This document shows, in pieces, positions 52,516 to 64,000 of a DNA stretch of 64,000 nt (its first letter is position 1; each line of letters begins with the position of its first letter). The position numbers were made by a program, and so were the translations under genes. The notes beneath the pieces were generated by a model. It was not told where the DNA came from and did no database searches. It saw only the letters and a list, made by a program, of their open reading frames with translations. Source of the DNA: the human T2T-CHM13v2.0 reference genome, Homo sapiens; assembly GCF_009914755.1 (NCBI RefSeq), contig NC_060927.1; one strand, 5' to 3'.

Positions 52516-53170
52516 ACTATTCACAATTGCTTACATGTTGAAGCAAACCAGGTGTACACTGGCAGATGAATGAATGGGCAAAATGTGGTATACATATACA
52601 ATAGAATATTATTCAGCCTTAAGAAGTAAGGGAATACTGACACGTGCTACAACAGTGATGAACTTTGAAGATACTATGTTAAGTGAAATAAGCTTACGAC
52701 AAAAAGACAAATACTGTATGATACCACTTATATGAAGTACTTAAAGTACTCAAAATTATAGAGAAAGTAGAATAGTGGTTGCTAGGGGCTGGAGGTAGGA
52801 AGAAATGGGTAATTACTGTTTAATGGGTATAGAGTGTTTCAGTTTTTAAAATTTTTTTTTAGAATTCCCATTGTCTATCAGATCAGTTTTGCAAGACGAA
52901 GAGTTCTGGAGATGAGTGGTGGTGATGGTTGCATGAAAATACGAATGCATTTAACGCCACTGAACTATAGTCTTAAAAATGATTAAGATAGGACATTTTA
53001 CGTAATGTGTATTTTACCACAATTAAAAAAATCAGAAAAAAAATTCATGGCCATAACATGACATGATAACAGTATATTAAAGAATTTACTCAGATATTCC
53101 TGTAAAAAAATTAGGATGGTAAATTTTATGTTATGTGTATTCTACCACAATAAAAAAAAAAATTGAAAAA
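52516..53170 (+). mobile_element. L1MB (MB3-like) 3' end with double tail
   Basis: 'aaaatgtggtatacatatacaatagaatattattcagcctt...gagttctggagat...tttaccacaat' plus poly(A); TSD aaaaatgaggtggg(a/c)tga. Confidence 0.88.
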
Positions 53171-53259
53171 AAAAATGAGGTGGGCTGAGAATCTTGATTT
53201 ACCAAATTTTCCAATAAAGAACAGAACCACTTGCCTCATTATAGTTTTCTATATCCTTT

Positions 53260-54388
53260 TGCTCTGTGACTTTAAATACTATTCCTGTGTACAACTTGCC
53301 TATTTCATCTCCAGGTCTGACTTCTGTTATGAGCTCCTGGGCCAGTATGTCTCACTACCTGCAGCAGATGTCCACATGGATGCCTCACAGGCAGCTCACA
53401 GTTAACCCGAGTCACATGTTTCTACCTCTCATTTTTAATCTATTCCTCCTCCAATCATTCCTGTCTCAGTAAAGGGCACTGCAATCAACTCAGTTGCTCA
53501 AGAGAGAAACCTGGGTGTCACCTGGAATTCCTCCTCCTCTCTCATGTCCCACACCCAGAGCACCAGCTAGTCCTGTTGACTCCGCCTCTAACTTGTACCC
53601 TAGACCTGCTCCCTTCTCTCCCTCTCCTCTGCCTAGCCTAAGCTGCCATGCCATCATCCTTTGCCTGGACAATTGAAAAGCTCTCTTAACTGCTTTCCTC
53701 ATTCCTCCTTTGCTCATTGTAGCCCGTTTTCCAAATAGAAGCCCCACGAGTTTGTCATGCAAATAACTGAGATAGCACTCCCTATGTAAAATGTGTTCAT
53801 GCTTTCCCACCATACTCGGGTTAAAATCTAAACGCTTTCTTGAGGCCTAGAAAACCTGTATGAGTCTCACCCTCTCTTCTCCCCTCTACCCCTTGCTCAT
53901 CCTGCTCCAACCACATTTGCCTTCATTCAGTGATTTCCATTCGTCACCCTCTTTCCTTCTTAGAGTCTTCATTCACGCCATTCCTCCCACCTGGAGTGTT
54001 CTTCCCCTGCTCTTTGGCAGGCTGCGACCTTTCATGATTCAGGTCTCAGCTTATATGTTAGCCCTTCAGGCCCTCCTCAGCAACCCTGTCTAAAATATTT
54101 CAACTTGCTGTTTTTACTCATCGGACTCTTCCTTTTGTATCATTTTCACAACTTATAATTATATATATGCATATATTTATATATATATATAAAATTTCTG
54201 TACATATATAAATGTGTATATTATACTTCGTATTTTATGGTATTATTTTAAATGTCTGTCCTATTAGACCGTACACTTTATAAAAACAGGGCCTGTATTA
54301 GGTTCACTTTTGTTTCCTAAGCTGTTAGAGCCATGGTCAGCATGTAGTAGAAACCATTTGCAGAACAAATAAAGGAATGAACGGATTG
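53260..54388 (+). mobile_element. L2 long 3' fragment
   Basis: 'tgtccacatggatgcctcacaggcagctca...tcagttgctcaag...tcaggtctcagct'; tail 'ttgcagaacaaataaaggaatgaa'. Confidence 0.82.
54155..54225. repeat. (TA)n-rich low-complexity tract
   Basis: tataattatatatatgcatatatttatatatatatata. Confidence 0.8.
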
Positions 54389-54719
54389 CATCTACATATA
54401 ATTCAAGAATAAAACCCTGGGTCTTTTCATCAAGTCAAACTTAAGAGTCGACTGCATTTGGTAAAGGATGTGAAAACCCTTTGTAAGGTTTTGTACAAAT
54501 GTGATGATTTTCATTTCCTACTGATAGCATGGCTGATTTAGAATCCCAATGCTACATACTTCTATAGCTGAAAGAATTCTTTAAACATAATCTTGCTTGA
54601 CCTTCTCATTTTACAGACAAAAAGCTGCCCAACTCACCAATTCAGATAACCCACCTCCCATCATTCATATGACTGACACCACCTGTTTCTTTCTTGTCTT
54701 GCCTGTAAATCTACACTTA

Positions 54720-54850
54720 AATTTTTGTAAAAATAGAGACAGGTCTTGCCATGTTGCCCAGGCTGGTCATAAGCTCCTGGGCTCCAGCGATCCACCTGCC
54801 TTGGCCTCCCAAAATTCTGGGATTACAGGTATAAGCCACCATGCCTGGAC
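54720..54850 (-). mobile_element. FLAM_C / Alu left monomer
   Basis: 'agagacaggtcttgccatgttgcccaggctgg...ctcctgggctc...ttacaggtataagccaccatgcctgg'; flanks tacactt/tacactt. Confidence 0.82.
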
Positions 54851-56764
54851 TACACTTTTTGGCTCCAGGTATGGGTGGAATATTCTAAAATCCTATAAAA
54901 CTCATTTATGAGAACAATTACCTGATATTTATATTTTGTTCTTAAATACAAAGGTTTATGCCATTGTACATTGCTTTTTCATCTCAGGAGTAGAGACTTG
55001 AAACAGATTATCAAGAGACCACCTCCCCAGCTTTCCTCCTCCTAAATAATTGGAGAGCAACAAGCATAAAAGCCTCAGAACTCCCTTCATTTCTCCCCAC
55101 GTCTCAGTAGTATTTTAGATTGTTAGAATGGATGGGGAGAACATAAAAACAAAGGAAGATTTTTATCTCCTTTTCTTTTATGCCAGCACTATTGATCTGC
55201 TATTCAGGAATACGGTTATGTTTTCAACTTAGCAGAAAATGAGAGCTTCATAGCAGTTACATGCTATGTCTTTTCAAACATCAGAATGTACAGGTTGCAA
55301 ATATTCAGCTCCTGTGAGGTCCTTTGTGTCGAATTTAATTTTTTTACAAATAGAAACATCAAGGTAGGAGTACTATTCTGATGTCAATGTAACTTCTGCA
55401 AGAGCTGTAAACGTGTATAGGTATAACTACTTTGCTAAAAGTACTGACACTGCAATTTCACCGATCTTTGTTTAAAGGATTAAAACAAACTTAAAACCTA
55501 TGTAGTAACTTCCTGAAATGGCTTTTGCTTTATTCTTTCATTCTCAAGAAGCCTGTTCTGTGCTTGCTCTGTGCATTGGATGAAGCACAATCTTCAATGT
55601 CAAACGCAACATGGATACTGTTCTACAAGGGGTTGCAGTATTTTGGTGCAGACAGCTAAGTTAATCAATTGCTGTGATATAGTATGGTAAGAACAGAGTG
55701 CTATAGAAGCCCAGAAATGGAGTGTGTAAATCCATTTCTCAGACTCAAGGGCTAGAAAAGGCTCCCTGGAAGTTTCTAGACTGTGGAGAATGAGAAAGGC
55801 ATTTTAAGCAAAGGAAAGCCTTTACAAAAGCAGAGAGGGAAGAGAAGAAGACAGAAAAGAGGGAAGGGAAAACAATTTAGCTCACACCATGGGGCTTTAA
55901 AAGAAATAAACGTGCTCTTCTTATCAAGTCTGCACTAGTCAGCCTGGCTATATGGAAGCCCATTGCTAAATTTAACCTCTTAATATTGGTAATAAGAAAT
56001 GGCTAACTTAGACTGCATTAATTTGTCTGGGAAACCATATGAGTAGTTTTGGTGAGTGGGGCAGGAAAAAGATTTCTGAGGACAGAGTACTAATTTTCTG
56101 GGATCTTCTGTCTTTTAAATGGCATTTTTCATTTCCTAAATCTTTCACACCGTGAAATAAAGTCCTATGTACTCTTATTTTGAGCAGTTTATTAAACTGC
56201 TCAAACACATTCCAAAGGGAGCAGCTTTGGAATCTGACCTTTTTTATTAATCATTATTCTTCACGTTTGCAGCTCTATATCCACTGAGAAGGGCACTGAC
56301 TTCTGTGAACCAGACACGGTCCCAGTAACAAATCTTGGTATCTTCCTGCTTTCACCTACCTCATGGGTTTAAAATGACTCTTGGCAACATTTGACAGATA
56401 TGAATTATATGTGCTCTGGTACACAAGCATAAATAAAATGCTGGAGATGGAGGAATAATTGCAAGTCTCATATATGCATTTATCTTTGTGTGAAGCCTAG
56501 TGACTCTGTACTACGTCAGAAAGATAATAAAAAAAGCAGATAGCCTGAATTATGAGCATCTAGGTTTGTCTCTTGAAAATAACTCAGTTATTGAAAATAA
56601 CACTGCTCGTAATACTCACACAGTATGTTGGCTCTCTGGGACAAATGGCAGGATTTAAGCCAGAAAGCAGAATTTGCATTGGTAGGTTGACATTTCCTGA
56701 CATTAAACCTCTTCAGTGTTTATTTGATAACTTGGTTAAAATTATAAGATTGAGGTGGTTGGGT

Positions 56765-56798
56765 ACACACACACACACATACACACACACAAACACAC
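56765..56798. repeat. (CA)n microsatellite
   Basis: acacacacacacacatacacacacacaaacacac. Confidence 0.9.
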
Positions 56799-56852
56799 TT
56801 CTTTTTTTCCTCATGAGAACAGTCATAATGTTTAACTTTGGACTTCAGAATC

Positions 56853-57407
56853 TGTGATGGTTAATTTGATTGTCAACTTCATTGAACTGAAGGATGCAAA
56901 GTATTGTTCCTGGGTGTGCCTGCGAGGGTGTTGTCAAAGGAGATTAACATTTGAGTCAGTGACTGGGAGAGGCAGACTCACCCGCAGCCTGGATGGGCAC
57001 CATCTGATTAGCTGCCAGCATGGCTGGAATAAAGCAGGCAGGAGAAGATGGAAGAGCAGACTTGCTGAGTCTTCTGGCCTCCATCTTTCTCCCATGCTAA
57101 ATGCTTCCTGCCCTCAAACGTCAGACTCCAACTTCTTCAGCTTTTAGACTCCTGGACTTACACCAGTGGTTTGCCAGGGGCTCTTGGGCCTTTGGCCACA
57201 GACTGAAGGCTGCATTGTCAGCTTCCCTACTTTTGAGGTTTTGGGACTCAGACTGATGCTCCACTGGCTTCCTTGCTCCTGAACTTGCAGACGGCCTATT
57301 GTGGGAGTTTACCTTGTGACTGTGTGAGTCAATTATCCTAATAAACTCCCCTTCATATATACATATACCCTATTAGTCTCCCCCTCCAAAGAACCTTGAC
57401 TGACATA
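56853..57407 (+). mobile_element. MLT2A2 (HERV-L) solo LTR
   Basis: tgtgatggttaat...'gaaggatgcaaagtattgttcctgggtgtg'...'aataaactcccc'; perfect 5-bp TSD gaatc/gaatc. Confidence 0.9.
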
Positions 57408-57897
57408 GAATCAAATTTGCCAAAGGCTCTCTAAGCCTTCTCAAAAACTTCCATCCCCTTTCTGTATGGGGGTCTAATGATGACAGAGCTGAGTGACAAT
57501 GGCCATAGGCATATTCAGATTCAAGATAAAGAAAAGTGGGAGTTACCCTCGAACGTCCTACCCATAAATGAACATTCTAGCCCCACAGGGAAATATTCTA
57601 AATTGTGACATGGAATGAGGGGGTGGGAGGTTTCCTTCCTTCTTTTTTCCACTGATTCAAGGTGACTCAGATTGGCCTTTCTGTGTAACCGGTTATTAGT
57701 CTCATAAACATAGACTATATTAAAACATCTGAACTTTACGAAGTTTAAATAGGTAAAGAAGATAACTTTTATTGTGAAAGATATGGAGGAAAAAAGAAAA
57801 ACCCAGGTAAAAATTTATTTTATCTTTCTTACAAATCTTTTAACTGTTATTATTTAGAGTTATAGTTTTCAATGAAGTGTCCCCTTCTAATCATGAC

Positions 57898-58189
<292 letters not shown>

Positions 58190-58669
58190 TACCTGCAACT
58201 TGAATATCACTGAAAAATGTTGACTTTGCAAGGTATATAGGTTAAACTCTGCTTACATACTTATAGCCATTACTCTCAGAATCTCATAGGTATTTTATAG
58301 ATGAATTTGCCAACTAGTTCTTATTTCCTAAAGCTAGAATCACTCTCAGCATTGATAAATGATGTCCTGAAAAGTTTTCCATCTTTTCCTCTTACAATTC
58401 TTAAAATAACAGCACTGACATTGATTAAGCCTCATTAACATTAAAATATCATTCAAAGCATGTTTTAAATAAGCACTACCTAAGTATAGCTAAACTGAAT
58501 ACTTTCTAACGAAATTGAATTTTTAAAATTTAAAATCTGCATTCAAGAATCTTGATGGTATAAAGGTTTAGCATTTTAGCCTGCACATGCTAAATTTGCT
58601 GTCTTTGGCCACTCAACATCTCTAAATGCCTTTAGAGATTGGCATTAGTTGGGCTGTTTTAAGATAAAG

Positions 58670-58955
58670 CCACAGTGGAAAACAAAAATGCCTATGGAGG
58701 CCAGATGGGCAAACAAGGTCAGGCTTAGAGCTTCTAAACTCAGCCAGGCTTTGCTATACCTCAGTGTCATCCCATTGTGACCAGATCTTCATGCTATTTT
58801 AACAAATAGCCAGAAAGTGTGGGTTTTTATGTGAAACTCCTTGGGTCTTTCAGGGGTTGGCAAGTCATTAAAAATATTCACTTATACCATGTTGTGGGAC
58901 AACTGACCAATGTAAGATGACAAATGACTAAACTGCAGGCCATGGATGGTAACTT
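58670..58955 (+). mobile_element. MER102-like hAT-Charlie element
   Basis: 'aaatgcctatggaggccag...ccagatcttc...agccagaaa...tttttatgtgaaactcc...gttggcaa'. Confidence 0.6.
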
Positions 58956-59394
58956 GAAAACACCTTTTTAAAACTGACCTACTACATTTCATTTCTCTTA
59001 GCTAGAACTCTACCCAATTTTACCTCCCTGGCCTAACCTTTCTCTACTTTAAATTCATTCTTCCTTCTGACTCAAGTCAGTTTTCTTGAAGTATAATTTG
59101 CATCTAGCAAAATTCACCCTTTTTAAGTACACAGTTTGATGAGTTTTGGCAAAGGTGTAGGCGTGCAACCACCACTACAATGAAAATATAGAACATTTTC
59201 CTCACCCCACAAAATTCCTTGGTGCTTTATAGTTAGTTACCCCCGAGACCCTCAGGCTCTGGCAACTTTGGTCTGTGTTTTGTCCCTATAGTTTTGCCTT
59301 TTCCAGAATGTCACTGCATGTATCAGTAGCTGCTTTCTTTTCATTGCTGAGTAATAGTCCATTGTACAGCCATACCACAATTTATTAAGCCAGT

Positions 59395-59767
59395 TGATAT
59401 GGTTTGGTTGTGTCCCCACCCAAATCTCATCTCGAATTGTAATCCAAATTGTGCTCCCCACATGCTGAGGGACGGACATGGTGGGAGGTGACTGGATCAT
59501 GGGGCAGTTCTCCCATGCTGTTCCCGTGATAATGAGGGAGTTCTCACTAGATCTGGTTGTTCGATAAATGTCTGGTGCTCCCCTCTTCTCTCTGTCTCAC
59601 CTAACACCTTGTAAAATGTGCCTTGCTTCCCCTTCACCTTCTGCCATGATTGTAAGTTTCCCAAGGCCTCCCAGCTATGAGAAACTGAGTCAATGAAACC
59701 TCTTTTCTTTATAAATTCCCCAGTCATAGGTAGTATCGTTATAGCAGTGTGAGAACAGAATAATACA
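59395..59767 (+). mobile_element. THE1D solo LTR
   Basis: tgatatggtttgg...cacccaaatctcatctcgaattgtaatcc...tatagcagtgtgagaac...taataca; TSD ccagt/ctggt. Confidence 0.9.
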
Positions 59768-60339
59768 CTGGTAGATGGTCATTTGTGTTTTTTCAAAATT
59801 TTTTGGCTATTATAGCTTCTATAAACACTCACATACAGGTTATCTTGTGGACATGTTTTCATTTCTTACGGGTAAATACCTAGGAGTAGAATTGTTGGTC
59901 ATATTGTAAGTGTATGTTTTACTTTATAAGAAACCTCCAAACTATTTTCCAAAGTGGCTGTATCACTTTGCATTCCCACCAGCAATAAATGAGAGTTCCA
60001 GTTACTCCTCATCTTATAGAGTTATCTCACTGTAGTTTTAATTTGCATTTCCTTAATGGCAAATGATATTTAGCTCCTTTCATGGGGTTATTTACAATCC
60101 TTTATCTGTTATGGACAAATGTACATTCAAATCTTTTGCTACTTTTATTGGGTTCTTTGTCTTCTTATTGAGTTTAGGAGTTCTTTATATAGTCTGGATA
60201 CAAGATTTTTACCAAATATGTGCTTTGTAAATATTTTCTCCTAGTCTCTGGCTTTTCTTTTTCATTTTATTTACAGTGTGTTAAGAGCAAAAGTTTAACA
60301 TATTTTCTTTAGGTTTCACGCCTTTTAGTCTTACTTAAA

Positions 60340-60376
60340 ACACACACACACACACACACATGCACACACACACACA
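60340..60376. repeat. (CA)n microsatellite
   Basis: acacacacacacacacacacatgcacacacacacac. Confidence 0.9.
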
Positions 60377-61547
60377 TTATCACACTCACAAAAAACAAAA
60401 AAAACAAAACCTAGGCCTAATCCTAAATACAAAGATTTTTCTCCTATTTTGTTCTTCTGGAAATTTTATGGTTTTACATGGTAAATTTAGGTCTATGATC
60501 TAATTTGAAGTTGTTTTTTTTTAAATGGTGTGAGGGAAGGGTTAAGGCCTCTGACTTTGAAGTTGTTGAATATCCTAGAATGCAAGTATGGTAGCCAGCT
60601 GTATATTATCCTATGTGATTAATTTCTCTAGTCAGAGAATGGCATTTTGCAGTCCCACGACAATCTATGTCTGCCATTTTCTTCCAATTAGATTACTATT
60701 GATCATTTTTTTCTAATAGAATGTTTAGCAACATCTCCTCTTAATTATCAGCTTTTAGGCGGCTGACTTAGAAAATTAGACAACTACTACTTCTTTTTAC
60801 AGCCTTAGTTTCAAGCTTCTGAGCAGCACTGTGAACTTGCCCAAGATGGTCACTTAATTGCTGTAAAGTCTTGGGCAAAAATTCTCCTTGTTTTCTCATT
60901 TTTAGATGGATGTTAAAAATAAGTGGTTTTTCTACTTCTCAGTTTTGCAAAAATTCTTGTCATGATTTTTCCTCTTGAGCATTTAAAATACATTTTAGAT
61001 GTAATAGAAAGCCAAACAGACCACAGCAAACACTGGAATTCAGACTCCGTGGAGTCTGGTACATGGTTCCAGGACTTAGGCTTTTGGCATCAAAGGCCTT
61101 TCTAGCTTGCTTACATCTCAGCAGTCAATAATTTAAGTTATTCCTTCCGTGTTAATCATAGAGAGGTGATTATGTCTTTCTAATATGTCTGTTTTCAGAA
61201 TATCTGCTACTCTCCTTCTGCACATCTTTAACAAGCAAAGCAACAGGGATAAAAGCTGCCAAGTGGGGAATATGTCATTAAGAAATGCAAAAGCCTCATC
61301 ACTAAGTTTTTCATTTTTTATCTATCGGAATAAAACTTCCTATCTTGCTACATTACAAGAAGACAAAACACTCCCTTTTCTTTACAACTTGGTTTTTCCA
61401 TCTTAGAGACAGCCTTATTTTTATTTGCAACAGTGTATTTCTTAGTAACATCTTAGAAACACTTAGCAATCTTCCACTCATAAACTTGTTTTCGGGGAGA
61501 GGGAGGGAAAAAAGCTTGATTGAAATGAGTACAAGAGAGAATAAGAA

Positions 61548-61970
<423 letters not shown>

Positions 61971-62039
61971 TCATTCAGGTGCTTGGCAAACTAATATGAA
62001 CAGTGTTGGTGATCAGGGCAGGAAACAGACCTGCACAGA

Positions 62040-62372
62040 ACTCTCCACCCACTTTTTCCAGGTCCCCAGTGACTTTCACATGGCCAAACCCAATGGCCTA
62101 ATCTCAGCCCTCATTTATCGAGCCTATGAGTAGCATTAGTGCAGTAGGTCATTATCTCTTCCTTGAAAGACTTTGCTCATTTGACTTCTGGAACACAACC
62201 TTCTCTTATGTTTCCTCCTTTCTCTCCATCTACTCTTTCTCGATCTCTTTGGCTGGTTTCCTTTAACTCCCCAGTTTTAGGCATTGGATTGCTTTTCTTC
62301 CTTACCCATACTCATGTCCTAGGCTAATTCATGTCCTAGGTGAATTCATTCAGTCTTACTGATTTGTATACT
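62040..62372 (+). mobile_element. L2 fragment
   Basis: 'ccagtgactttcacatggccaaacccaatgg...ttccttgaaa...ttgacttctggaacacaac'. Confidence 0.72.
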
Positions 62373-62376
62373 AATA

Positions 62377-62553
62377 TAGTAGGCAGAATAATACCCTGCT
62401 TCCCAAAGATGTCTATATCCTAATCCCTGGAACCTACGAATATGTTATCTTGCATGGCAAAAGGGAATTAAGGTTGAAGATAGCATTAAGGTTGCTAACA
62501 AACTGTCCTTAAAATTGAGACATTAGCCTGGATTATCCAGGGCAGGGCCAATA
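62377..62553 (+). mobile_element. MLT1D 5' portion
   Basis: 'tagtaggcagaataat...cccaaagatgtc...cctaatccctggaacct...gggaattaaggttg...cctggattatcc'. Confidence 0.8.
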
Positions 62554-64000
62554 TTAGTATTAGGACATGGAGCCTTTAGGAGGTGATTAGGCCATGAGGG
62601 CAGAACTCTTATGAACGGTATAGTGCTCTTATAAAGGAGGCTGGAGGGAGCTTGTCTGCTCCTTCCACCATGTGAGGACACAGTGAGAAGGCACCATCTC
62701 AGAATCAGGAAACCGGCCCTTAAAGGACACCAATCTGCTGGTGACTTGATCTTGGACTTCTTAGCCTGCAAAACTCTGAGAAATAAATTTATGTTGTTTA
62801 GAAGCTCCCCAGTCTACAGCATCTTGTTATGGCAGCCTGAACAGATGAAAGCAGAAATTGGTACAAAGAAGTAGGGGTGTTGCTTTAACAAACACCTAAC
62901 AATGTGGATTGGTTGAAACTGGTAGAGGCTGGAAGAGTTTCGAAGCACATGCTTTAAAAAGCCTACATTGCCATAGACAGACTATTAAAAGTGATTCTGG
63001 TGAGGGCTCAGAAGAAGAGGAGAGTCATAGAGAAATCCTCACTCTTAGAGAATATCTCAGTGGTTGTGAACAGAAAGTTGATAAAAATATACACAGGAAA
63101 GGCCATTCTGATGAGGTCTTGGGCAGAAATGAGTAACATATTACTGGAAACTGGAAGCAAGGCTGTCCTTGGTACCAAGTGAGAAGAAACTTGGCCCAAT
63201 TGTATTCATGCCCTAGCATTTTGTGGAAGGTAGAATTTTTGAGCTATGAAATAGAATATTTGGTGAAAGAAAATTTTTTTCTTCATTTTTTTTTTTAAGA
63301 GACAGGGTCTCACTCTGTTGTCTAGGCTGGAGTGCAGTGGCACAGTCATAACTCACTGCAACCTCAACCTCCTTGGCTCAATTGATCCCCTTCTTTCACC
63401 CTCACAAATAGCTGACACAGGCGCATGCCACCATACCTGGCATATTGTTTTATTTTTATTTTGGTAGAGACAGGGTCCTGCTATGTTGCCGAGTTGTCTT
63501 GAACTGCTGGCTTCAAGCAATCCTCTCATCTTGGCCTCCCACAGCACTGAGATTATAGGTATGTGCTACTGTACCTGGCTTGGCAAAAGAAATTTCTAAG
63601 CAAAGTGTTGAAGGTGTGGCATGGCTTCTCTTGACTGCTTATAGTAAAATAAGAGATGAATGATTTAAGGATGAAATTTTTAATCAAAAAGGAAGTAAAA
63701 CTTACAGATTTGGAAAATTTTCAGCCTGTCCATGTTATAACAAATGAGAAATCATATTCAAGACAGAACACCAAGAGTGTGGCCAAGAACTGTTTGATAA
63801 GGAGACTAGCATGCACTGGCCAGTTGCTATTCATCAAAACATTGAAAGAATGACCCCAAAGGTACTTCCCCATCATTAGTGCTGTTCCTGTCATCACAGG
63901 TCCAGAGTACAAGGGCCTTGAGAATAGAACAATTTCAAAGGAAGGAATTAGGGTACCCATGGGACCTCAGCACTCATTGCCTGGTCCTGCTTCAAGGCCC
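62554..64000 (+). mobile_element. MLT1A 5' LTR (3' part, to 62853) plus MLT1A-int, continuing past the window edge
   Basis: LTR 'ccatgtgaggacacagtgagaagg...ggcagcctgaacaga' directly followed by int start 'gaaattggtac' and MaLR-int motifs 'gaggctggaagagtt', 'attctggtgagggctcagaag'. Confidence 0.85.
63273..63580 (-). mobile_element. AluJ inserted in MLT1A-int
   Basis: Full dimer; TSD tggtgaaagaaa/tggcaaaagaaa. Confidence 0.88.

Larger units (their letters stand above)
59075..60545 (-). mobile_element. Old L1 (L1MB/MC) 3' region split by THE1D
   Basis: 'aaaattcacccttttttaagtacacagtttgatgagttt', 'gggtaaatacctaggagtagaatt', 'cattcccaccagcaat'. Confidence 0.85.

Noticed and set aside
62312-62348. 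17-bp tandem duplication tcatgtcctagg..aat
   Set aside because: Ordinary slippage duplication within an L2 fragment; similar small duplications occur at ~2612, ~12823 and ~32073

Overview
Primate (human-like) non-coding genomic DNA, AT-rich and CpG-depleted, either intergenic or deep in an intron. It is not prokaryotic: Alu (J, S, Y), THE1/MST, MER11, MLT2A and L1PA elements are present. About half of the window is recognisable transposable-element debris. It holds a 5'-truncated ~3.9 kb old L1PA (2265-6171), a complete THE1A MaLR provirus (27084-29337, minus strand), the start of an MLT1A provirus at the right edge, about 15 solo or partial LTRs (MER11, THE1, MSTB, MLT1, MLT2A2, MER39, LTR16), about 12 Alu/FLAM copies, many MIR and L2 fragments and hAT/Tigger MITEs (MER5, MER20, MER44A, MER53, MER58B, MER63A, MER81, MER102, MER112, Charlie4a). 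I could not support any protein-coding exon, RNA gene, CpG island or CRISPR array; the supplied ORFs are short chance ORFs or decayed TE frames. I found no convincing novel biological system. The best second-look items are an L1MB cassette with two poly(A) tails inside a single TSD pair, a poly(A)-tailed micro-insertion, a chimeric MLT1D/MLT1A LTR, reciprocal CpG decay in three TSD pairs, a close inverted Alu pair, and a few candidate exons and conserved-looking non-coding blocks. Subfamily names come from recalled consensus motifs and need RepeatMasker/Dfam confirmation. Boundaries without a stated TSD are approximate.
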